Positions 10,625-19,958 are shown, numbered from the stretch's first letter. The stretch is 64,000 bases of DNA from Candidatus Nomurabacteria bacterium RIFCSPHIGHO2_01_FULL_41_71 (GCA_001785355.1 MFTQ01000004.1:3612-67611); one strand, 5' to 3'. Notes: generated by a model from the letters alone, not told the origin. Program-made: numbers and translations.

Positions 10625-10628
10625 AGGC

Positions 10629-13031
10629 ATGGCGCGTAACCATTTTTTGCAAAAAAAAATTAGAATCGCTATTTTAACTGGAGGGCCTTCCCTGGAACGT
10701 GGAATTTCACTCAATTCCGCCCGCAGTGTGCTTGATCATCTGGGAAGTCTGGAGGTCGATGTCGTTCCAATCTATTTTGATGAAAAGAAAAAACCGTATA
10801 AAATATCCACTGCTCAGCTTTATTCCAACACCCCGAGCGATTTTGATTTTAAGCTTCGAAAAACGGGTAGATTCCTTTCCGAATCCGCCCTTATTCGCGT
10901 TTTAAAGAGTGTTGATATTGTTTTTCCCGCCATTCACGGCTCTTTTGGCGAAGATGGCGAAATTCAAAGTTTTCTTGAAAAACACAAAATACCTTTTATT
11001 GGAACCTCTTCCAAATCATGCAAAATAGCTTTTGATAAATTTCGAGCCAATGAATATATCCGCTCGCTTGGTTTTTATGCTCCGAATTCCATAGTGCTCA
11101 AAATTACCGATACCAAGAAAAATATTTTTAAAAAAATAACCGAATTTTGGAATAAAGAAAAAATAACTCGCGCCATAATAAAACCTTCTTCCGGAGGTTC
11201 GAGTATTGGTGTGTTTTCGGTAGAAAATATTTCCGATGCAGTGACAAGTGTTGAGACGCTTTTTCGGAAACGTATGGATACTCGGGTGGTGATGGAACCT
11301 TTTATGAAGGGCAAGGAATTCACGGTGATTATATTGGAAAACAGATTTAACCAAGCGGTGGCCATGATACCTTCGGAGATCGAGGTTGAATATGATGAAA
11401 ATCAATTTTTCGATTTTCGCAAAAAATATCTTCCTACTCGCCAAGTGACCTACCATTGTCCGCCGAGATTCGGGAATGAGATTATCGAAAAGATTCAGAT
11501 AGAAGCCGAACAGCTTTTTTCTGTTTTTGGTATGCGGGATTTTGCGCGTTTTGACGGGTTTTTCTTGCCGGACGGCAATGTATGGTTTTCGGATTTTAAT
11601 CCAATTTCTGGCATGGAACAAAACAGTTTTCTCTTTCAGCAATCTTCCAGAGTTGGTTTTTCTCACCGGGATTTATTTCGTTTCATCATAAATAACGCTT
11701 TTTTACGCAGGAAAATCAAAAAAACAATTAAAAATATTTCGCTGTCGGAAAAAAGAAAACCGGTAGCGGTGCTTTTTGGAGGAGAAACCGCGGAAAAACA
11801 AACATCTCTTATGAGCGGTACGAATGTCTGGCTTAAATTGCGGGGCTCCAAGCTTTATAAACCTCTTCCTTATCTTTTGGGAAAGGACAGAGAGGTCTGG
11901 GAATTGCCCTACTCGTATATTCTCAATCATACAGTGGAAGAAATAACAGAAAATGCCAAAAAGGCCCAAAAAGATTTTGCTAGGCTTCGTTTTCTTGTAG
12001 AAAAAGTAAAGCTTGGTCTCGCGCTAAAAAGGGGAGAAGTCACGGAAGAATTTTTTATACCCAGAAAGCTTTCGATCGGAGATCTTATCAAACAGCATAA
12101 ATTTATTTTTCTCGGCTTGCATGGAGGGATAGGAGAAGATGGAACTATCCAAAAAATACTTGAAGAAAAAAAAGTGAAATTCAACGGATCCGGAAGCGTT
12201 GCCTCAAAACTCTGCATGGACAAGTGGGCGACAAGCGAGACCATAGCGGAAGCTCATATTCCGGGCGTAAGCGTAGCCAAACATTTTTTACTCCGTCAGG
12301 GCGATATCGCCGAAATTATTAAAACAAAACAACAAAATAAATACTGGAATATGCTTTTGCAAAAGCTTGGCACAAGAACATTGATTGTCAAGCCTCGAGG
12401 AGATGGATGTTCGGCCGGAGTGGTAAGGCTCCAGAATTCAAAAGATTTATTTGCTTATCTTTCTTTAATTAGAAAAAAAATTCTGATGGTCCCGCCTGGG
12501 ACTTTTACCAGACAAAAAACTCCCGTAAATATGCCCGAGAACCCCTCCGATATAATTTTTGAATCTTTTATTGAAACAGATAAACTGAAAACAGTCGGGG
12601 GCGAAATTGTCTATGTCAGACGAAGCGGATATTTGGAAATAACGATAGGGGTGCTGGAAAAAGACGGCAGGCTAGAGGTTCTCTCCCCCTCTATTACTAT
12701 TGCTGAATCGGTAATTCTTGGCGTGGAGGAGAAGTTTCAAGGAGGCACGGGGGTAAATATTACTCCTCCACCGAAAGAAATAATTTCTCAAAAAAATTTA
12801 AATAAAGTCAAAAAACAAATTGAACAGGTGCTAAAAACGCTCAAAGTTCGAGGATATGCCAGAATCGATGTCTTTGTCCAAATAGCCACAGGGAATATAA
12901 TAGTGATAGAGGTCAATACCTTACCCGGACTTACTCCCTCGACTGTGTTTTACCACCAAGCTCTTGCGGAGAATTTTCCGATTCAACCCATTCAATTATT
13001 GGAAAAAATTATAAAAAATGCCGGCTATTGA
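10629..13031 (+). CDS. ddl: tandem fusion of two D-alanine--D-alanine ligase-like ATP-grasp modules
   Basis: The N-terminal half has IAILTGGPSLERGISLNSA…ARFDGFF…NPISGME. The C-terminal half has VAVLFGGETAEKQTSL…ARIDVFV…EVNTLPGLTPSTVF. ATG 10629 is chosen because an AAGG lies 4 nt upstream. Confidence 0.75.
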   Translation: MARNHFLQKKIRIAILTGGPSLERGISLNSARSVLDHLGSLEVDVVPIYFDEKKKPYKISTAQLYSNTPSDFDFKLRKTGRFLSESALIRVLKSVDIVFPAIHGSFGEDGEIQSFLEKHKIPFIGTSSKSCKIAFDKFRANEYIRSLGFYAPNSIVLKITDTKKNIFKKITEFWNKEKITRAIIKPSSGGSSIGVFSVENISDAVTSVETLFRKRMDTRVVMEPFMKGKEFTVIILENRFNQAVAMIPSEIEVEYDENQFFDFRKKYLPTRQVTYHCPPRFGNEIIEKIQIEAEQLFSVFGMRDFARFDGFFLPDGNVWFSDFNPISGMEQNSFLFQQSSRVGFSHRDLFRFIINNAFLRRKIKKTIKNISLSEKRKPVAVLFGGETAEKQTSLMSGTNVWLKLRGSKLYKPLPYLLGKDREVWELPYSYILNHTVEEITENAKKAQKDFARLRFLVEKVKLGLALKRGEVTEEFFIPRKLSIGDLIKQHKFIFLGLHGGIGEDGTIQKILEEKKVKFNGSGSVASKLCMDKWATSETIAEAHIPGVSVAKHFLLRQGDIAEIIKTKQQNKYWNMLLQKLGTRTLIVKPRGDGCSAGVVRLQNSKDLFAYLSLIRKKILMVPPGTFTRQKTPVNMPENPSDIIFESFIETDKLKTVGGEIVYVRRSGYLEITIGVLEKDGRLEVLSPSITIAESVILGVEEKFQGGTGVNITPPPKEIISQKNLNKVKKQIEQVLKTLKVRGYARIDVFVQIATGNIIVIEVNTLPGLTPSTVFYHQALAENFPIQPIQLLEKIIKNAGY

Positions 13032-13848
13032 AGAAAAAAGAATAAGTAAAAAAATAAATACCAGACCGATAGGAGTATTTGATTCCGGAGTCGGCGGGCT
13101 CTCCGTGCTTCTCAAATTAAAACGCCTGCTCCCAAAAGAAAATTTTGTTTTTCTTGCGGATCAGTTGTATGTGCCCTATGGAGAGAAAAATAAAAAGGAG
13201 CTTGTAAATCGAGTATATAAAATCACCGACTACCTACGGAAGCGCCATGATATCAAAATGATGGTAGTGGCTTGCAATACCGCTACCTGCGCGGCCATTG
13301 GGGAGTTACGAAACAAATATTCGCTTCCGATAGTGGGTACCGTGCCGGCGATTAAAAAAGCGGCAGAAAATACCAAGACAAAAAAAATAGCTGTTATTTC
13401 CACCCCTTCCACTTCCAAAAGTCTTGCTTTGCAAAAACTTATTAAGGATTATTGCCAAGGAATTAAAGTGTTGAATATAGGATGCAAAGATTTGGAAGAT
13501 GCGGTGGAACGCGGAGAGCTTATGGGTGGAGAGGTTCGCAGATTGCTTTTTAAATATTTGGATAGAATTAAAAATTCAAAAATTGACCAGCTTGTCTTGG
13601 GTTGCACTCATTATCCTTTTCTTAAGCAAGCAATAGTGAAAATAGTGGGTCCGGGGGTGAATCTTTTGGACGGCGGGGAAGGAATTGCCAGACATGCCAA
13701 ATCTCTCTTATCTAATTATCTGATGGAAAATAATGCGGAGAAAAAAGAAAAAATAATCTATTTAACCACAGGAGATCCGAAAAAATTTTCAAAAATAGCA
13801 AGCAAACTTATGAAAGAAAAAATTAAATCAAGGAAAGTTGCTTTTTAA
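13018..13848 (+). CDS. murI: glutamate racemase
   Basis: IGVFDSGVGGLSVL, VVACNTAT and GCTHYPFL. Confidence 0.85.
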   Translation: MPAIEEKRISKKINTRPIGVFDSGVGGLSVLLKLKRLLPKENFVFLADQLYVPYGEKNKKELVNRVYKITDYLRKRHDIKMMVVACNTATCAAIGELRNKYSLPIVGTVPAIKKAAENTKTKKIAVISTPSTSKSLALQKLIKDYCQGIKVLNIGCKDLEDAVERGELMGGEVRRLLFKYLDRIKNSKIDQLVLGCTHYPFLKQAIVKIVGPGVNLLDGGEGIARHAKSLLSNYLMENNAEKKEKIIYLTTGDPKKFSKIASKLMKEKIKSRKVAF

Positions 13849-13872
13849 TGTAATTTGTAATAACATATAGTT

Positions 13873-14031
13873 ATGTCTCAAGATCGACTTATAAAACTTG
13901 CTTGTTCCGCTTGTAAACGTATAAATTATTGGTCTGCCAAAAACAAGAAACTGGTAACTAAAAAAATCGAACTCAAAAAATATTGCAAGTGGTGCAAAAA
14001 ACAAACCAAGCACAAAGAAGCGAAGAAATAA
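13873..14031 (+). CDS. rpmG: 50S ribosomal protein L33
   Basis: A 52-aa ORF absent from the track (below 60 aa): MSQDRLIKLACSACKRINYWSAKNKKLVTKKIELKKYCKWCKKQTKHKEAKK. It has two CxxC pairs, like L33. Confidence 0.8.
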   Translation: MSQDRLIKLACSACKRINYWSAKNKKLVTKKIELKKYCKWCKKQTKHKEAKK

Positions 14032-14088
14032 ATCAGTTTTTATTTTTTAACTTCTGATGTATAATCAGCTCGTTATTACCTAAATAAT

Positions 14089-14159
14089 GGGTGGTTAGTT
14101 AAGTGGCATAACTGCGGTCTCCAAAACCGCCGTCGGGGGTTCGATTCCCTCACCACCCG
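14089..14159 (+). tRNA. tRNA-Trp (anticodon CCA)
   Basis: The acceptor stem GGGTGGT pairs with ACCACCC. The anticodon stem GCGGT/ACCGC carries the loop CTCCAAA, and the T-loop is GGTTCGATTCC. No CCA is encoded. Confidence 0.8.
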
Positions 14160-14166
14160 CACGTTG

Positions 14167-14183
14167 AAATCAGCTGATTTTTT
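14167..14183 (+). terminator. weak hairpin plus T-run after tRNA-Trp
   Basis: AAATCAGCTGATTT palindrome followed by TTTTT. The stem is AT-rich. Confidence 0.3.
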
Positions 14184-14303
14184 ATGGGTTATTTTTTGAC
14201 GCTCTGAAAGGGAATGGAACTTTGTCTAGTATGTTAACCTCAGTTCGTCTAAGATAGTCAACCATTAATGCATCATTAACAGCTAGCACGAGACACATAG
14301 AAG

Positions 14304-14312
14304 TGCTAAAAT
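14304..14312 (+). promoter_or_regulatory. extended -10 (TGCTAAAAT) six nt upstream of the giant-ORF ATG, possibly leaderless
   Basis: The same TGCTAAAAT motif heads both 116-bp repeats at 18733 and 19843. Confidence 0.3.
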
Positions 14313-14318
14313 CTATAA

Positions 14319-17300
14319 ATGAAAATGGAGTCGCCAGTTTTTACAGAAAGGTCTAAAAGGTCAAAAGAACCTTTGGAACCACACGATATTCCCTCGGCTA
14401 TGAGCCAGATTAAAGAGGGACAAGAACAAACTCCTGACCAAGAAAGAATCTTGATTGATATACAAACCTATCTTGATGCAGCTCATGATATTTTTGAAGA
14501 TATAGAAACTAAAAGACCAATATTACCAGACTTACCCGAAAGCCCTAGCGCAGAAGTGCCGCTTGATTTCTCTGAACTTTCTCGGCAGTTGAAATCTAAA
14601 TTAGCTCAATTAGACAAAATGACTTCTAGAAGTTTTGGAGCACAACATAGGCTAAGCGAAGCTGGTCATAGAAATAGACGAAGAATAGAAAAAGTAGAAG
14701 ACCCTGTGGATGAATATTCCAAATGGTCGAGTACCTTGGAAAGTCAGTATTCAAATGTAAATTCCCAAATTAAACCTCTCGAAGCCGCATTAGTTCTACA
14801 TCGAGAATGCCAAGAATTAGGTAAAGAATATAAAACTATAATAAGCAGAAGATTTTCGGTGCCTGAGAAAGATTTAAGAAATCAGATAGATAAATTACTA
14901 GAAGAGTGCCTTTCACAAATAAGAGCTTTAGGAAGAAATCCTTTAAAATACACCGAGAAGCTAGCATTAAAAAGAAAGTGTGCTGAATTTATTGATATCA
15001 CACACAAAGTATATTTGATTGAAAATCTTTTTCCCGAAATAAGACATTCAGGATATAACTATGCTCTTAGTTGGAAAGATGGTTTAAAATATGACATATC
15101 GATACCCGTTGGCCATCTGTACGAACAAGTAGGTGTGAATTTACGTTTAAAAATCAATCAGTTAAAAACTTTAATCGCAGAAAGCAAAAAAAAAGAAACA
15201 GACGCAATTTCTCCGAAAGATTTAGCAATTCTTAAAGGAGATTTTTTTACAAAATATGTCCTTCCTCACATTTCCAATCTTCCTCCAGATATTCAAGCCG
15301 AAATATTATCCGAATATAATGAAAAAGGAACTGTTTACTTAAATCGATATGGTGTAGAAGACAGAAATGCCGCGGAAAGAATATCTTATGCTAGAATGAA
15401 TGAAAAAATAGAAGACAGTTTTAAATCGCTTGCTGATTTGCTTCGTAATGGAGATCCTGTCGGTGAAGCTTATAAATTGATTAAGCAAGAATTACCGAAG
15501 TTAATGGAAGAGCGTCCTTTGAAATATGATTTTGATGATATTTCTCGAACTCGACTTGAAAGTCCTATAATGAGAGCGGTCAAAGAATTACCTCGGCTGA
15601 AAGTTTTTATGGAAAGCCATGTGTTCCTTAATGCTACACCCGAAGAGCGAGAGAGGTTTCTAGAAAATGCCAGAAGTTTGATAAGTGAATATCTAAGTCA
15701 AGGAAAAATTATTGAGCCTACATCTCTAGCGGATAAATTATTATCACATCCAAACCCCGCAATCGCTCTAGAAATCATAGATTCTAGCTCCAATGAAAGC
15801 CGTAGTAGAAGCAACGAAGCAATACTTTTTATTTTTCAGCTTTTTCGGGAAAGTTCGGTAGAATCTGAAAGAAGTATTTTATCGAATATGCTTCATCGGT
15901 TCACCAATGACATAACTACCTATCAAGATCAGATTGTTGAAATCTTGCCCAGCCAAAGTAAAAGTATATATATTTTAGGCAGAGAGCTACTAATGAAACT
16001 GGCCACTCAAAATATGCCTATACCGCCTTTGTTATGGGAGCGAATGGAATCATATTTGGAAGATACGGTTGAACATATGGAAAAGGAAAAGGATTATAAG
16101 ATTCTAGTTCCTATTCTTAACGAAATCGCCAACGGAAGTGAAGCAGGTAATAGATATTTTGCCAACGAAGCGCTCATGTTGGCTATATATAGACATTTAG
16201 GTAAGGCTAATTTTATGCTTCCTGACGGATTGTTATTCATTAAAGATTCTAAAAACATCAATCTTATTATCGAGGGTTATAGAAAATATTTTGGTATGCA
16301 AAGCATCGATTTACCAGATAGCGAAAAATTCCAACTTGCTTTTCAAAAAGGATTGACCATTACTCAGCTATTTTCTCATTATGACAATGATGTAGAGAGT
16401 TTCTTTGACGATAAATTATTTCAAAAACTTTATGAATATCCGGAACTTGAGAAGCTTCTGACTGATCTTATTAGTCGCATTCAAACATTAAGCGATAGAA
16501 CTATTATTTCTCGAATTTTTTATTCTGTTCTACCATTCCTTCTAGAGACAGCATTCGCCGTCGATTCCAAAGAAGGTGAAACCGAATTTACGGCTCGTCT
16601 GAATAGAATATCAGAGTATTATGAAAAAGTTCTAGAAAAAACTAAGGAAGAAAAAAGTGCTCTTCAATTTTACTTGGGCGATAGTGCTTGGGAAGTAATA
16701 AAATTTCATCCACATCCAACCGATCTTCTTCTAGAATTTCCCGAACAAGCTCCGCTTTTATTTAAGGAAGAGCAAAGAGGACTTCAGAATCTCATATCTT
16801 CGAATTTTAATGTGCTTATAAAGGATAAGACGGATATGATTTTTCTAAATCAACTTGTTGGTAGATTTGGAGGAAATGCTCCCCAGCTAATAACAGACTA
16901 TCTTCAATGTTTAAAAGAAGGCGCGCTCACATTGGACGAAAAAGGATTAGTCGAAGAATTTCTTGGAAAATTTAGAGTTCTTTCGCCTGCCATTATAAAT
17001 GGTTATCGAGAAGCAAAAGCATCGCATACAGAGGAAGTTTTCATTGCTGGTTTAGAATCGATTGCCGAGCATGCTACTGGGCAAGGTAATCCAACTGAAA
17101 CACAACGACAGTCTCCATTTTATAAAGATGTTTTAAGGGCCATTTATCAAAACAATTCCGGACAATGGACTACTTTCGAGAAGAATGAGAGCTGTAAAGA
17201 CAGGTCAGCGGATTTACAAGGCTTCAAAATAAAAGAACGTTATGAAATCGATCTTCTGGCGGCTGGAGATATTAAAATGAAGCCAGGAGCAGAATTAGAT

Positions 17301-18521
17301 CGGAAAGGAATGGCGCAACTTGAAGAAGGAGTTACTTATATAGCAGACGAATTTAAGGCAGCTAATTTTGATCCGGAAATAGTTAAGAAAAAGGTCAATG
17401 ACCGTATCGAAGAAGTCTTCAATTTATTTACTGGAAGCGAAGTATTAAAAGATCTTGATGTAACGTCACTGACGCTTGAGCAAAAATTATTTATTATTTT
17501 ATCAGAAACAACTTACGGAACACCTCCAATTGAACCCAGAGAAGTTAAAAAACTTCTTTTTGAATACGAATTTGCTAACTTCGAAGATATTCGGGAATAC
17601 ATTCAAGGTACAAACGATAGAGTAGCAACTGCTCAAAATCGAGATTATGCTCTCTTGTGCGAATTCCATAGTCTTTTTGCCGACAGAATCAAAGAAATCA
17701 ACCGCCGACTGATTACGGCCGGATGGGAAAATACCGAGATTGCTAAAAAAATGCCGGCATATTTTGCGCAATTATCAAAAAAACGTGGAGACGCCGCAAG
17801 GGTAGAAAAAATAAATAAATTACAAATTGGAAAACTCGGCTTGAATGATACATTTTTGAAACAAATGAAAAGAGTGTTGAATAAAAAAGCAGGCACCAAT
17901 TATTCTGACGAACAAGTACGGCAAATTATTGCTAGATATGAAAGAATGACATCTGGATTGACAGAAACTAGTACATCTACCAAAGGAAGAACTCGCGAAT
18001 TTGCCGGTCAATTACGCGGGCAAAAAGAGAAAACCAGAAAAGCATTAGAGTTACTAGACGGCAAAAAACTAAATCCGGAAGAATTCCGTTTGGGCCATTT
18101 AGATTTCAATCAATATCTTGATGCCGAAAATGCAATTGGAAAAGGAACGTACAACGATGAACAATTTGCTTCATACACACTTCAACAATTTATCGGTATT
18201 TTTACCGAAGAACGAGAATTTGTTGAGGGAGAACTTGATAAATTTATGACTTCTTCCGGGAAAAATCGAGCGCGGCTTAGTGGTTACATTTCCAAATCTC
18301 CTGAGACTGCTCACGCCCGTATGGTTGGTGGAGTATGCGTTTCCGGAGATAATCCAAATCGAGGAGAAAAAAACATGTGGGATATGGAAAATTATTTTCA
18401 GTTAGTTCTTCAAGATCCAGAAACTAAACGCTGCCAGGGTATAGTATTGCTCCATCATTTCGAAGAGAACGGCCAGAAAATTTTAACTGCAGCTTTTAAT
18501 CCCTATGGCAAATGGATTTGA
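14319..18521 (+). CDS. 1400-aa orphan hypothetical protein, probably cytoplasmic
   Basis: One uninterrupted ORF. By eye it has no signal peptide or TM segment and no Walker A or HExxH motif. The sequence is rich in helix-favouring and acidic residues. Confidence 0.7.
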   Translation: MKMESPVFTERSKRSKEPLEPHDIPSAMSQIKEGQEQTPDQERILIDIQTYLDAAHDIFEDIETKRPILPDLPESPSAEVPLDFSELSRQLKSKLAQLDKMTSRSFGAQHRLSEAGHRNRRRIEKVEDPVDEYSKWSSTLESQYSNVNSQIKPLEAALVLHRECQELGKEYKTIISRRFSVPEKDLRNQIDKLLEECLSQIRALGRNPLKYTEKLALKRKCAEFIDITHKVYLIENLFPEIRHSGYNYALSWKDGLKYDISIPVGHLYEQVGVNLRLKINQLKTLIAESKKKETDAISPKDLAILKGDFFTKYVLPHISNLPPDIQAEILSEYNEKGTVYLNRYGVEDRNAAERISYARMNEKIEDSFKSLADLLRNGDPVGEAYKLIKQELPKLMEERPLKYDFDDISRTRLESPIMRAVKELPRLKVFMESHVFLNATPEERERFLENARSLISEYLSQGKIIEPTSLADKLLSHPNPAIALEIIDSSSNESRSRSNEAILFIFQLFRESSVESERSILSNMLHRFTNDITTYQDQIVEILPSQSKSIYILGRELLMKLATQNMPIPPLLWERMESYLEDTVEHMEKEKDYKILVPILNEIANGSEAGNRYFANEALMLAIYRHLGKANFMLPDGLLFIKDSKNINLIIEGYRKYFGMQSIDLPDSEKFQLAFQKGLTITQLFSHYDNDVESFFDDKLFQKLYEYPELEKLLTDLISRIQTLSDRTIISRIFYSVLPFLLETAFAVDSKEGETEFTARLNRISEYYEKVLEKTKEEKSALQFYLGDSAWEVIKFHPHPTDLLLEFPEQAPLLFKEEQRGLQNLISSNFNVLIKDKTDMIFLNQLVGRFGGNAPQLITDYLQCLKEGALTLDEKGLVEEFLGKFRVLSPAIINGYREAKASHTEEVFIAGLESIAEHATGQGNPTETQRQSPFYKDVLRAIYQNNSGQWTTFEKNESCKDRSADLQGFKIKERYEIDLLAAGDIKMKPGAELDRKGMAQLEEGVTYIADEFKAANFDPEIVKKKVNDRIEEVFNLFTGSEVLKDLDVTSLTLEQKLFIILSETTYGTPPIEPREVKKLLFEYEFANFEDIREYIQGTNDRVATAQNRDYALLCEFHSLFADRIKEINRRLITAGWENTEIAKKMPAYFAQLSKKRGDAARVEKINKLQIGKLGLNDTFLKQMKRVLNKKAGTNYSDEQVRQIIARYERMTSGLTETSTSTKGRTREFAGQLRGQKEKTRKALELLDGKKLNPEEFRLGHLDFNQYLDAENAIGKGTYNDEQFASYTLQQFIGIFTEEREFVEGELDKFMTSSGKNRARLSGYISKSPETAHARMVGGVCVSGDNPNRGEKNMWDMENYFQLVLQDPETKRCQGIVLLHHFEENGQKILTAAFNPYGKWI

Positions 18522-18732
18522 CCGGATAGAAGTTTCTAAAAGTAAAACAATCCGCACTAACCGGACTGGAGGAGAATTTGAACGTGAAATGGATCGACGA
18601 ATCACTGCAATTGGTGTCACTGATGCCTTTGCTGAACCTAGACAGTTCTCATTCAATCCGAACTATAATTTAAAAGACATGGACGTAATATGGGAGAAAA
18701 AAAAAGTATAGAGAATTATTTCTTTTAAAATG

Positions 18733-18848
18733 TGCTAAAATAAGGCTTGTTTATTAGATTAAGCAATCAAATTAAATCCTTCAAAAACACTATTCCACTT
18801 AAGAATCATTGTTTGTATAGTGTTCCACTCCAGGATTTGAAAGCCCGC
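18733..18848 (+). repeat. 116-bp direct repeat copy R1 (candidate structured sRNA)
   Basis: Aligns without gaps to 19843..19958 at 98/116 identity. It starts with TGCTAAAAT and contains the AACACTAT…ATAGTGTT hairpin. Confidence 0.7.
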
Positions 18849-19057
18849 ACAATTTAATTTCTTTTTCACTTTTAGTTTAGTGTTTTTGCTTTTAATATTT
18901 TCCCTTCAGAAACTTTCTAAGTTAAAAAACTTTTGAAGGGAGAGGGGTATGAACAAATCAATGCAAGAACCCCTCTTCTTATGTCTCACTACGCACGTGA
19001 GACCTGCGTCCTCATTTTTATAAAAACGGGGATAAAATTAAAGGACAGCGAAGGTCG

Positions 19058-19639
19058 CTACCACTCCGTGAACATGACCTTCCCGCCGTCATAGATAATC
19101 AGACGGCGGAAATTCATCCCAGGGATTCGGGTCAGAGCGAACTCGACATAACCCTTGTCTGCGTGATAGATGACCCCGTCTATCACTTGAGACTTCACGG
19201 CAAGGTGCGCCAAGTGCTGATGGGGTTGATTCCTGCCCTGATTCAGTGCGGGACAATCGAGAGTAACCAGGTCAATGTTCTGAATCTGGACGCCGTCAGC
19301 GCCGTGCCAGATCCCAACAATAACCCTAGTGCTATTCTGCACGTTCTGGAAGGTAAACGTGCAGAAGGGGACTTGACCATTCTCCCACAGCACTGCCGAC
19401 TTCCAGACTCCCTGGGCTCTCTTGACATCAAAATCCACCACTGGTTTTCCGTCAAGCACCTTGGGACAGGGACTCGCCATGTCAACAAGAATCCGTGCCA
19501 GATAGCGGATCGCGGGTTGGACATCCCTCTTGGCCAACCTTTCCAGCATTTCCGGACGTCCGCCCAAGGCGACGACCTCTTCCTCCAGTGCTTGCCAGAA
19601 CGACTTCCAGATGTCGCAGACGCGAATGAACTCCAACAT
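19058..19639 (-). CDS. hypothetical protein in a ~55% GC cassette
   Basis: 193-aa ORF (MLEFIRVCDIWKSFWQALEEEVVALGGRPE…). The overlapping ORFs 19163..19726(+) and 19243..19710(-) are judged GC-richness artefacts. No family was recognised. Confidence 0.4.
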   Translation of the reverse strand: MLEFIRVCDIWKSFWQALEEEVVALGGRPEMLERLAKRDVQPAIRYLARILVDMASPCPKVLDGKPVVDFDVKRAQGVWKSAVLWENGQVPFCTFTFQNVQNSTRVIVGIWHGADGVQIQNIDLVTLDCPALNQGRNQPHQHLAHLAVKSQVIDGVIYHADKGYVEFALTRIPGMNFRRLIIYDGGKVMFTEW

Positions 19640-19842
19640 ATGTCCCCCGTTACGCGGCTGTGCCCTATGGTCTGGCTTAATTGCCAGAGCTGTGAGCTGT
19701 ACCGCCGCATTCGAGCATTACTTTAACATACCTTTCAAATAAATCAAGGCCATAAGGTAATGTGAAAGCGGGCTTTCCATTTTTACTTTCTGTTCTATGA
19801 CTCAATAGTTAACCCCTTTAATTTTTAAAGGTAATTAAAGTA

Positions 19843-19958
19843 TGCTAAAATAAGGCTGGTTTATTAGATTAATTTACCAGATTAAAACCCTGGAAAACAC
19901 TATTCCATTTTATAACCATATTTTCTATAGTGTTCCAGTCCAGGATTTGAAAGCCCGC
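19843..19958 (+). repeat. 116-bp direct repeat copy R2
   Basis: 84% identical to R1. Substitutions at positions 48, 50, 51 and 96 create a CTGG/CCAG helix that R1 lacks. Confidence 0.7.

Noticed and set aside
14304-14312. Treating TGCTAAAAT occurrences as a dispersed repeat family
   Set aside because: At 9 nt it is too short to call a repeat. It is kept only as a candidate shared extended -10 promoter element.
18505-18711. Reading the 68-aa ORF as a programmed-frameshift extension of the giant protein
   Set aside because: Its frame is closed by a TAG about 60 nt upstream (18442-18444), so it cannot continue the upstream reading frame.
19163-19726. 187-aa plus-strand ORF and 155-aa minus-strand ORF (19243..19710) overlapping the 193-aa minus-strand ORF
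   Set aside because: GC-rich DNA keeps all frames open. These translations are rich in Q, H, C and R and look non-protein-like. Only one frame is retained as the gene.
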